From NCBI GenBank assembly GCA_046593875.1, contig JBKJQQ010000004.1, positions 1 through 38,127 on the forward strand: 38,127 bases of DNA, written 5' to 3'. Under the pieces are notes generated by a model. That model worked only from the letters and a program-made list of their open reading frames with translations, was not told the origin of the DNA and ran no database searches. Each line of letters begins with the position of its first letter. The stretch's first letter is position 1. The position numbers were made by a program, and so were the translations under genes. Origin of the DNA: Mycobacteriales bacterium (GTDB taxonomy: Bacteria; Actinomycetota; Actinomycetes; Mycobacteriales; SCTD01). Below are positions 25,874 to 33,451 of the stretch, in pieces.

Positions 25874-25892
25874 GGCCGGCGGGACGCCGGCC
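25874..25892 (+). terminator. GC hairpin immediately after the SHOCT gene stop
   Basis: GGCCGGCG-gga-CGCCGGCC: a perfect 8-bp stem with a 3-nt loop, starting 1 nt after the TGA. No U-tract, which is common in high-GC actinobacteria. Confidence 0.5.
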
Positions 25893-25933
25893 CGTGAGGA
25901 AGCGCGCGGCGAGCAGGCGCCGTCGGGGGGCAC

Positions 25934-25965
25934 GAGGAGCAGCCTGCGTGTGCAGGCCGCTCCTC
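25934..25965 (-). terminator. Long hairpin downstream of the convergent 798-aa gene
   Basis: GAGGAGC-A-GCCTGC gtgt GCAGGC-C-GCTCCTC: 13 paired positions with one A/C mismatch. It lies 14 nt beyond the stop at 25979. Confidence 0.5.
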
Positions 25966-25978
25966 GGGCCCCGTCGGA

Positions 25979-28375
25979 TCAGAAGACGAGCAGGGAGCGG
26001 ACGTTGCTCGCCCCGGGGGCGTTCTGCAGGTCCTGGCCGGTGCGGACGACGAAGCCGAAGCGGCCGGTCCCGGTGAATCTGCGGTCGATCGTCCAGGTAC
26101 CGGTGCGGGCGTCGGCGCGCACTTGCGAGGTGAGCACCTCCCGGCCGCTGCCGGTGATGCGGTAGAGGCTGATGATCAGGCCACCGGCGCGGGCCGGCAG
26201 GCTGTCACCGGTGAACCGGTAGGTCCGCACGCCGGTGCGCTCGACGGCGAGACTCAGCGCGGTGCGCACGTTGAGCACGACCGACGGGCCCGCGTCGCAG
26301 CCGCGCTGCTTGGCGTAGAGCCGTGTGTTCGCCGGCGGCACGATGGTGAACCGCGCCACGCCGTCTGCGCCCAGCTCGGCCGATCGCACCACCCGGAAGG
26401 TGGTGCTGGGGCGGGTGTAGGCGAGCAGGTCGACGACGCTGTTCGGCGTACCGGTGACCGTCACCTGAGCAGCCCCCGTCGCGGTGATCGTGCCCCGGTC
26501 GAGCTGCACCGTCTCCGGTCCCTGACAGGGGGAACCGCTGGCCGGGCCGGAGGCAGACGGACTCGGCGAAGCCGTACGGCCGTTGCTGACGGTGATGCGG
26601 CGCGGAGCGCTTGTCGTCTGCAGCCCGGAGGGGTCCGTGGCGACGGCGGTGACCGTGTGCGTGCCGTCGCTCAGCGTCGTGGTGTCGAACGCGGTGGAGT
26701 AGCTCGCGCCGGCGCCGAAGGGCGACCCGGAGTCCGGCGTGGTGTCCGTGCCGACGGGCCGGCCGTCGACGCGGAACTCCACCGAGGTGATCCCCCGGCC
26801 GTCGGAGGCCTGCGCCGTCAAGGTCACCGTGCCGGTGGCGGTGGCGCCCTCCGCCGGGGCGGTCACCGCGACCTTGGGCGGCGTCACGTCGGTGTTGCGG
26901 TAGACGAACACACCGCTGCCGCCGGAGAACTGGATGAAGCCACGGGAGATGGACGGCTGGCCGACGCCGGTGCCGGGCCGGTCGACGTTGGTGGCGAACT
27001 CCGAGAACTCGGCGCCGGTGACAGCACTGCCGTCACTGATCCGGAACACCACCTGGTCGGCGTTGTCCCGCGTGACGTAGCCGAAGTCGCCGGAGGCAGC
27101 GGCGGTGGTCTGGGCGAAGCCGGTCGTGCCGGGCGACAGCGAGGTGGCGCTGAGCTGCCCGGCGGGGGCCAGCGCGGCGGTGTCGAGCAGGAACAGGTTG
27201 GCGCTCGTCGTGACGACGACCTTCGCCTCGGTCAGGGTCGGCTCAGACTCCTGCTCGACGGCCAGCGCCGGGGCGGGCGTCCCTTCCACGTCGCGGGTCT
27301 GGAGCGACTCGAGCGACGTTCCGCTCGGGCGCAGCTTGTGCACGGTCGTGCCGGTGCCGTTCGCCGCAGCGACGTACACGAACGGCGCGGTCTTGACCTC
27401 GCCGGTCGGGTTCGGGGTGTTGCCGTCCGGCATCACCGGGACCGACGGGGTCTGGAACCGCTGCCCGGGAACGGAGAACGACGGGCCGGCGACGCTGAGG
27501 TCCGCCGCCCGGAAGCTGCGGACGCCGCCTTGTGCGCCGACGACGATGAAGGGCGTCGAGGTGCCGGCAACGTCGAAGAAGGCGAGCGTCGGGCTGGCCA
27601 GCGGGGTCGCGTCGATGTCGCCGGAGTTCGTGGCGGCCGCGCCGTTGACGGTGGAGGACGACGCGGCGGCGCTGCCCACGATCGGCACCCGGAATATGCG
27701 GGCATCGGTGGGATCGGTGTCCCTGCTGGCGACGAAGTAGATGACCCGGCTGCCGTCGGCGGCGGGGCCGGTGGCGACCAGGCTGGAGTTGACGGTGAAC
27801 CCGTCCGTCCCCGCGACGTCGACGTCGGCGCGCACCCGGGTTCCGGTGGCCTCATCGATCTGGGCGATCTCGATGTCCGCGGCGCCGGCCGTGTCGTCGT
27901 CGTCGTTGTGGACGGCGAGCAGCTGGCCCAGGCCCATCGCGGTGGAGGTGCTGCCGAACGAGACGCTGCCGCCGTTGCCGCCCGGCACGGTGCTGCGGGT
28001 ACCGAACACGTCACGTTCGGCGTCGGTCTCGACGGCCTCGAGGATGTCGATGCCCTCCTCGGGTCCGACCGGGGCACCGGTGCCGAGCACCTGCAGGTGC
28101 ACGAAGCCGTCCCGCGTGCCGAACTCGACGCGCTGGGTCGCCGGCGAGCCGCTGGAGGTCACGATCGAGGTCTTGACGAACTGCTCGGTCGGGGCGCTCT
28201 TCTCGTACACCGCGGTCAGCGGCAGCACGCCCTCGTCGACGGGCTGGTAACCGGATCGGCCGTTGTCACCGCCGAAGAAGGGCCAGTGGACGGCCTGCGC
28301 GGCCGGCGCGCCAGCGGCGACGGTGGCGAGCGCGAGTGCGCCCACGAGCGTCGTGCGGGTGAGGTGCGTGGTCAA
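25979..28375 (-). CDS. Large secreted protein with a bacterial Ig-like domain; function unknown
   Basis: TTG start with a GGAGAGG SD. Signal peptide MTTHLTRTTLVGALALATVAAGAPAAQA/VH. T/S/G/A-rich beta-type composition. Ig-like segment VTAPAEGATATGTVTLTAQASDGRGITSVEFRVDGRPVG...DGTHTVTAVATD. Confidence 0.75.
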   Translation of the reverse strand: MTTHLTRTTLVGALALATVAAGAPAAQAVHWPFFGGDNGRSGYQPVDEGVLPLTAVYEKSAPTEQFVKTSIVTSSGSPATQRVEFGTRDGFVHLQVLGTGAPVGPEEGIDILEAVETDAERDVFGTRSTVPGGNGGSVSFGSTSTAMGLGQLLAVHNDDDDTAGAADIEIAQIDEATGTRVRADVDVAGTDGFTVNSSLVATGPAADGSRVIYFVASRDTDPTDARIFRVPIVGSAAASSSTVNGAAATNSGDIDATPLASPTLAFFDVAGTSTPFIVVGAQGGVRSFRAADLSVAGPSFSVPGQRFQTPSVPVMPDGNTPNPTGEVKTAPFVYVAAANGTGTTVHKLRPSGTSLESLQTRDVEGTPAPALAVEQESEPTLTEAKVVVTTSANLFLLDTAALAPAGQLSATSLSPGTTGFAQTTAAASGDFGYVTRDNADQVVFRISDGSAVTGAEFSEFATNVDRPGTGVGQPSISRGFIQFSGGSGVFVYRNTDVTPPKVAVTAPAEGATATGTVTLTAQASDGRGITSVEFRVDGRPVGTDTTPDSGSPFGAGASYSTAFDTTTLSDGTHTVTAVATDPSGLQTTSAPRRITVSNGRTASPSPSASGPASGSPCQGPETVQLDRGTITATGAAQVTVTGTPNSVVDLLAYTRPSTTFRVVRSAELGADGVARFTIVPPANTRLYAKQRGCDAGPSVVLNVRTALSLAVERTGVRTYRFTGDSLPARAGGLIISLYRITGSGREVLTSQVRADARTGTWTIDRRFTGTGRFGFVVRTGQDLQNAPGASNVRSLLVF

Positions 28376-28417
28376 GGTGGACCTCTCCTGTACGGACCCG
28401 CGGGGATGCGGATCTCA

Positions 28418-28452
28418 GGAACAGGCACGTACCCGAAGGCCGTCCGGTTCAC
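28418..28452. promoter_or_regulatory. Candidate face-to-face ECF-type promoters
   Basis: On the + strand, GGAAC at 28418-22 is followed 18 nt later by CGTC at 28441-44. On the - strand, TGAACC (28452-47) is followed about 17 nt later by CGT (28429-27). Both resemble the AAC-N16-18-CGT architecture of ECF promoters. Confidence 0.3.
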
Positions 28453-28516
28453 CTCCACCCGCCGCCTGGGATCCTGCAGGGTGAACCGGAGCGCGCCGCC
28501 GTCCGTGTCCCCGAGG

Positions 28517-29029
28517 GTGGAGGACGCGGATGCGGCGCTGGTGCGGTTGCTGCACGAGGAGCACGCCGGGCCGCTGTACGCCTTCTGCGTGCGCTTCACC
28601 GGCGATCCGCAACGGGCCGAGGACGTCGTGCAGGAGGTCTTCCTCCGGGCGTGGCGCAGCCTGTCGAGCGCAGACCTCCGGACCCGGCCGGTCCGGCCCT
28701 GGCTTCTCCACATCGCGCGCAACCTGCTCACCGACGCCCACCGGGCGCAGGGCTCGCGGCCCGTCCTGGTGGACGACGAACGGGCGCTGCACGCGGTCGC
28801 CGCAGCCGACGAGCTCGACCGGGCAGTGCAGGCCTGGCAGGTCGCCGCGGCACTGGCCCGCCTGACCCGCGAGCACCGCGAGGTCCTGGTCTCAGCGCAC
28901 TGGCTCGGCCGGAGTGTCGCGGAGACAGCAGCCGCGCTGGGCATCCCGGCCGGAACGGTCAAGTCCCGGACCTACTACGCGGTACGGGCGCTGAAGCTCG
29001 TCCTCGAGGAGATGGGAGTGGAGTCGTGA
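28517..29029 (+). CDS. ECF (sigma-70 family group IV) RNA polymerase sigma factor
   Basis: Region 2: RAEDVVQEVFLRAW. Region 4 HTH: REVLVSAHWLGRSVAETAAALGIPAGTVKSRTYYAVRALK. Only the last about 170 codons of track ORF 26123..29029 are real. The start is uncertain: GTG 28517, with alternatives at 28481 and 28541. Confidence 0.8.
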   Translation: MEDADAALVRLLHEEHAGPLYAFCVRFTGDPQRAEDVVQEVFLRAWRSLSSADLRTRPVRPWLLHIARNLLTDAHRAQGSRPVLVDDERALHAVAAADELDRAVQAWQVAAALARLTREHREVLVSAHWLGRSVAETAAALGIPAGTVKSRTYYAVRALKLVLEEMGVES

Positions 29030-29718
29030 CGCACGAGCAGCAGCGCTGGCTGGCGTCCTACGTCCTGGGAGCGCTCAGCCCCACGGACCGGCGGCAGCTC
29101 GACGCGCACCTGCCCACCTGCCCCGCCTGCCGCGAGGAGCTGGCGACCTACGCCGGCCTGCCAGGACTGCTGTCCCGGCTCGACCTGGTCGAAGCGACCG
29201 GCGGCACGCTGCTCCCGCCCCCGACCCTGCTCCCGGCCGTGCTCGCCGCCGTCGAGGCCGAGCGCTCGACCCACCGTCGGCGGCTCATGCGCTGGCGAAC
29301 GGTCGCCGCCGGGTCCTCGGCGGTTGTCGCTGCAGCCGCCGTCGCCGGCGTCCTGGCCGTGACCGGAGGAGAGGCGGCACCCGAGCGCCAGCCCCTGGTC
29401 GCCGCAGCGGGCGTGGGCGCGTCCGGGAGCGTCTCGTTCCAGGCTCGTCCGTGGGGCACCGAGCTCCAGCTCCGACTGGCAGGCCTCCCGACTTCGGACG
29501 GCTATGCCGCGTACGCCGTCGACGACCAGGGGGTGCGAACGCTGGCAGCACGCTGGGGCTCCACGCCCGGACGCAGCGCGAACGTGCCTGCGACCACGGC
29601 CCTCTCACCCTCCGCCCTGTCCCAGATCATCATCGAGACGACCGACGGGGCGCTGATCCTGTCCCTCGGGGCGTCGGCATCTAGCCGGGCTCTTCTCGGC
29701 ACGGCGGGTTGGCCGTGA
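29026..29718 (+). CDS. Zinc-binding (ZAS-type) anti-sigma factor, single-pass membrane
   Basis: The GTG start overlaps the sigma stop (GTGA). HxxxCxxC motif as HLPTCPAC. Central TM WRTVAAGSSAVVAAAAVAGVLAV. Extracytoplasmic C-terminal domain. Confidence 0.75.
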   Translation: MTHEQQRWLASYVLGALSPTDRRQLDAHLPTCPACREELATYAGLPGLLSRLDLVEATGGTLLPPPTLLPAVLAAVEAERSTHRRRLMRWRTVAAGSSAVVAAAAVAGVLAVTGGEAAPERQPLVAAAGVGASGSVSFQARPWGTELQLRLAGLPTSDGYAAYAVDDQGVRTLAARWGSTPGRSANVPATTALSPSALSQIIIETTDGALILSLGASASSRALLGTAGWP

Positions 29719-29893
29719 CGGGTGCCACGGCTTGCGCCCGGCGACTAGCCTCAATAACGTCCGCCGCCAGATGTCCGTACATCAAGCCGGGAGGCCGCCC
29801 GATGGCGAGTACGAGCGCCGTGGCACGCAGCAGAGGCAGCGGGGCGATCCCGGAGGACCGTAGGCCGGACGTCGACGAGTCCGCGGCACGTCC

Positions 29894-31162
29894 ATGAGCC
29901 GCTGGCACCTGCGCGACCTGACCGACCGCGATCTGGAGAGCGCCGTCGCGTTGGACGCCCTGTCCAGCACCGTCGCTCAGCCCGCGCTGTTCCCCCTTGC
30001 CGACGTCGTCGCGAGCCTGGTGGCGGGACAGCCCGCGGTCGCGGCGGAGGTGGGCGGGCAGATGGTGGGTGTCGCTGTCGGCCGGCTCGACCGTGAGCGG
30101 GGCTGGATCCTGCGGATGACCCTTCACCCGCAGTGGCGGGGCCGCGGGCTCGGAAGTGAGCTGCTCGCCCACCTGGAGCACCGACTGGTCGCCGCAGGTG
30201 CCCGCAGGTTGACGTGCGTTCTGCCGCGCGGCGAGACGGGCAGCGAGGCGCTGCTGAACTCCGGCTTCGCCGCGAGGGACGACGTGACGTGGTTCGACAA
30301 GCTCGAGCAGGTGCGGACCGAGGATGTCGAGGCGGCAGCTGCGCTGGGGGGTGTCATCCCGCCGTCGAACCTCTGGGCCAAGGTCGAGGGGATGACGCAG
30401 GAGAAGGCAGTCATCGACCGTCGTGTGGTGCTTCCGCTCGCGCACCGCGGCCTGGCCGAGGAGCACGGGGTGCGTGAGCCCCGCGCCGTGATGCTCTTCG
30501 GCCCGCCAGGCACGGGAAAGACGACCTTCGCTCGCGCGATCGCCAGCCGCTTGAGCTGGCCGTTCGTGGAGCTCTTCCCCTCGCGCCTGGCGGGTGCGAG
30601 CGGCGGCCTGGCCAGCGGGCTGTCCGACGCCTTCTCCACCCTTGCCCGGATGGAGCACGTGCTGGTGTTCATCGACGAGGTAGAGGAGATCGCCGCCGAC
30701 CGCGCCACCACGGGCGCGGACATCGGGGTCGTCAACGAGCTCCTGAAGGCCATCGTGGCCTTCCGTGAACGTCCTGACCGGCTGCTCGTCTGCGCCACGA
30801 ACAGCATCCGCAGCCTGGATGCGGCCTTCCTGCGGCACGGGCGCTTCGACTACGTGCTCCCGATCGGCCCGCCCGATGCCGACGCCCGGGGCGCGCTCTG
30901 GCGTCGCGCCGCCGAGGACACCGGAGCCGACCTCGACCTGGACCGTCTCGCGGCCGCGAGCGAGGGACTGACGCCGGCCGACATCGGCCACGCCAGCCAG
31001 CAGGTCGCCGCTCGCTCCTTCGAGTCCACGCTGTCCAGCGGCCGACGGCAGCCGACCACGACGGAGGACTTCCTGGACGCCATCGCCGCCACGCGCCCCA
31101 CCCTCACCGCAGAGGACGTCGAGCGCTTCCGGGACGACGTGGTCCGCTACGAGCGATCGTGA
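29894..31162 (+). CDS. GNAT N-acetyltransferase fused to a classical AAA+ ATPase
   Basis: GNAT acetyl-CoA motif LHPQWRGRGLGSELL. AAA+ Walker A GPPGTGKTT. Walker B VFIDEVEE. Sensor-1 region CATNS. Arg-finger region LRHGRFDYVLPIGPPD. Confidence 0.8.
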   Translation: MSRWHLRDLTDRDLESAVALDALSSTVAQPALFPLADVVASLVAGQPAVAAEVGGQMVGVAVGRLDRERGWILRMTLHPQWRGRGLGSELLAHLEHRLVAAGARRLTCVLPRGETGSEALLNSGFAARDDVTWFDKLEQVRTEDVEAAAALGGVIPPSNLWAKVEGMTQEKAVIDRRVVLPLAHRGLAEEHGVREPRAVMLFGPPGTGKTTFARAIASRLSWPFVELFPSRLAGASGGLASGLSDAFSTLARMEHVLVFIDEVEEIAADRATTGADIGVVNELLKAIVAFRERPDRLLVCATNSIRSLDAAFLRHGRFDYVLPIGPPDADARGALWRRAAEDTGADLDLDRLAAASEGLTPADIGHASQQVAARSFESTLSSGRRQPTTTEDFLDAIAATRPTLTAEDVERFRDDVVRYERS

Positions 31163-31184
31163 ACGCGCCGTACGGGTCGCTGCT

Positions 31185-31793
31185 TCAGACCGGGACGGCG
31201 CTCCCGCGCACCACCGGGCGCACGAAGGGGACCGGCACGGGCAGCACATCCCGGCGCAGGTCGCGGACGTCGAAGCCCGCCGCGAGCAGCAGGTCCGACG
31301 TGGGGCGGACGAGGGAGCAGCCACCGCCGATGCGGGACCAGGCGGGTGCGACGACTCCTTGAGCCCTGCGCAGGAGGCTCCCGTGGTCGGCGGCGACGTG
31401 CTCGATCAGGTGCAGCCTGCCGCCCGGTCGCAGGACGCGGCGCACCTCCTCGAGCGCTCGATCGAGTCTGCGCACCGAGCAAAGCACGAGGGTGCTGACG
31501 ACCGCGTCGACACTGGCGTCGGCCAGGGGCAGGCGCGAGGCGGAGCCGGCCAGCACCAGCAGCCGCGGGTCGTGGGACGCGCGAGTGGCGAGCAGGCCGC
31601 GCATCCTCGGATCCGGTTCCAAGAGCAGTAGCCGCTGCACTTCCGGGCCGTAGGCGGACAGATTCGCGCCGGTCCCCGCGCCGATCTCCAGCACGACTCC
31701 GGAGACGTCCTGCAGCAGCTCTCGGCGCCACGTGTGCAGAGCGCGCCGCTCGGCGCCGGCGAGGGCCCGGTCGTAGAGCCGGGCGCTCAGCAC
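31185..31793 (-). CDS. Class I SAM-dependent methyltransferase (paralog-like of 1771..2412)
   Basis: VLEIGAGTGANL and LRPGGRLHLIEHV. Same layout as the gene at 1771..2412, including the GGC..L.R block. GTG start. Confidence 0.8.
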   Translation of the reverse strand: MLSARLYDRALAGAERRALHTWRRELLQDVSGVVLEIGAGTGANLSAYGPEVQRLLLLEPDPRMRGLLATRASHDPRLLVLAGSASRLPLADASVDAVVSTLVLCSVRRLDRALEEVRRVLRPGGRLHLIEHVAADHGSLLRRAQGVVAPAWSRIGGGCSLVRPTSDLLLAAGFDVRDLRRDVLPVPVPFVRPVVRGSAVPV

Positions 31794-31977
31794 ACGAAGC
31801 AGGTCAGGCTCGTCCAGACAGCGAAGACGCCGCTACCGGCCAGGCCCAGCAGCGGTCGCACCGGCAGCGTCGCGGCTGCTTGTCCTGCCGCGGGCTCTGC
31901 CACGGCCTCTGCTCCTGCTGCCAGGGCCCGAGAGGGGTGGTTCGACGTCTCGACGGCGTCGAGGTCCACGCAGACCG

Positions 31978-33327
31978 TCACGGGGCGGTGATCGTGAAAC
32001 CGGCCTTCTCGGCGTTGTCGTAGTCGTCGTCGATGTGCACGACCGGGTGCTCCGCCCGGTCGAGCAGGCTCGCAGCGATGCTGGCCCGGAAGCCGCTGGC
32101 GCAGTGCACCCACACCTTGTCCGACGGCACCTCGGCCAGCCGGTCCTGCAGCTCGCTGAGCGGGATGTGCACCGAGCCCTCGATGAAGCCGTGCGCGCGC
32201 TCGTCGTCGCGGCGCACGTCCAGGACGACCGCGCCCGGCTCCGCGGCGACCTGCTGGAAGTCGGCGACGGAGTAAGAGCGCATGTCGATGCCGTCGGCGA
32301 GTGAGTCCAGCTCGCCCGTCGCGGCGCCGGCCGGTCGCTCGATCCCGATGCGCACCAGCTGCCGCTGCGCGTCCGCGATCTGCTCGGGGCTCTCGCCGAT
32401 CAGCGTGACCGGCTCCCCCCACGGGACGATCCAGCCGACGTAGGTCGAGAACTGGGTCCCCATCGCCACCGACACCGTGCCGGCGAGGTGCCGGCCTGCG
32501 TACGTCGAACGGTCCCGGAGGTCGACGACCCACTCGCCGGCCCGGATCCGCGCGGCGAGCTCGGTCGGGTCGACGGGGGTGGCCGGTGACAGGTCCGGGG
32601 CGTCCGGCCCCTCGGCGTTGCGCGGTCCCATGTAGGCGTAGTAGGTGGGGTAGCCGGTCAGGCCGGCGACGAGCCGGTCGACGAACGCCTGCTCGTCGTC
32701 CTCGAGCAGCGCGTCGTTGCGGCTCTTCTCGGTCCCGATGGTGCTGTCGCTGCCGCCGCTGGCCCCACCGGAGGAGCAGAAGCTGCCGAAGCCGTGGGTC
32801 GGGTACACCGGCGTCTCGTCCGGGAGCAGGTCGGCCAGCCGGCGGGCGGAGCGCCACTGCTTGCGGGTGAGCTCGTCGGTACGGTCCGTGCCGAGCAGGT
32901 CGGTGCGCCCGACGCTTCCGTACAGCAGCGAACCGCCGGTGAACACGGCGGCCGGACCCTCACCGTCACTGATGACGTAGGACACGTGGGTGTCGGTGTG
33001 TCCGGGGGTCTCGAGGACCCGGACGGTCATGGTGCCGGCCGACAGGTCGTCACCGTCGTGCACGGCGCACCGCTCGAAGGACACCTCGTCGCGACCGGCC
33101 ACCACGTAGGTCGCACCGGTCTTGCGGGCCAGCGCCAGGCCACCGGTGACGTAGTCGTTGTGCAGGTGGGTCTCGACCACCAGCGTCGCGGTCACCCCCA
33201 GCTCGCCCAGCAGGCTCTCCACGCGATCGAGATCGCGCTGTGGGTCGACGACGACAGCGCACGTCCCGTCACTGACGACGTAGCTCCGGTCGCCCAGGTC
33301 CGGTGTCTCGATCACGTCGACGCGCAT
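31978..33327 (-). CDS. MBL-fold metallohydrolase fused to two rhodanese domains (paralog of 7106..8452)
   Basis: THLHNDY (HxHxD) and TPGHTDTH. First rhodanese loop lacks Cys (LIGESPEQ). Second has VHCASGFRAS. ATG 33327 has a GGAGG SD. Collinear similarity to 7106..8452 is visible by eye. Confidence 0.8.
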   Translation of the reverse strand: MRVDVIETPDLGDRSYVVSDGTCAVVVDPQRDLDRVESLLGELGVTATLVVETHLHNDYVTGGLALARKTGATYVVAGRDEVSFERCAVHDGDDLSAGTMTVRVLETPGHTDTHVSYVISDGEGPAAVFTGGSLLYGSVGRTDLLGTDRTDELTRKQWRSARRLADLLPDETPVYPTHGFGSFCSSGGASGGSDSTIGTEKSRNDALLEDDEQAFVDRLVAGLTGYPTYYAYMGPRNAEGPDAPDLSPATPVDPTELAARIRAGEWVVDLRDRSTYAGRHLAGTVSVAMGTQFSTYVGWIVPWGEPVTLIGESPEQIADAQRQLVRIGIERPAGAATGELDSLADGIDMRSYSVADFQQVAAEPGAVVLDVRRDDERAHGFIEGSVHIPLSELQDRLAEVPSDKVWVHCASGFRASIAASLLDRAEHPVVHIDDDYDNAEKAGFTITAP

Positions 33328-33451
33328 GCTGCCTCCAGGTGAAGTGTCGTTGCTCCTTGTCCGTACATTAGTGTCGGGAGCCTCCTCCCGCAAGGCCCCC
33401 GGGCAGGGCTGCTGCCCGCCGACGACGAAAGGCAGCGTGAGAACGTCCGAC

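Noticed and set aside
26123-28480. The first roughly 790 codons of the 968-aa plus-strand ORF 26123..29029.
   Set aside because: This part is antisense to the well-supported secreted protein gene (signal peptide, SD, Ig-like domain). Only the last roughly 170 codons, the ECF sigma factor, show real motifs.
29722-29826. A 10-bp inverted repeat, GTGCCACGGC / GCCGTGGCAC, 85 nt apart, upstream of the GNAT-AAA gene.
   Set aside because: A 10-bp GC-rich inverted repeat at that distance is expected a few times by chance in 38 kb of this composition. It cannot be extended on either side.
31787-31975. Tail of shadow ORF 31787..32857 reads as a small hydrophobic peptide (...LPVRPLLGLAGSGVFAVWTSLTCFVC) whose stop overlaps the methyltransferase GTG start.
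   Set aside because: GC3 drops in its middle (gca/gga/caa codons) and no clear start with an SD is visible. It may be a real small membrane protein, but the sequence alone does not show that.
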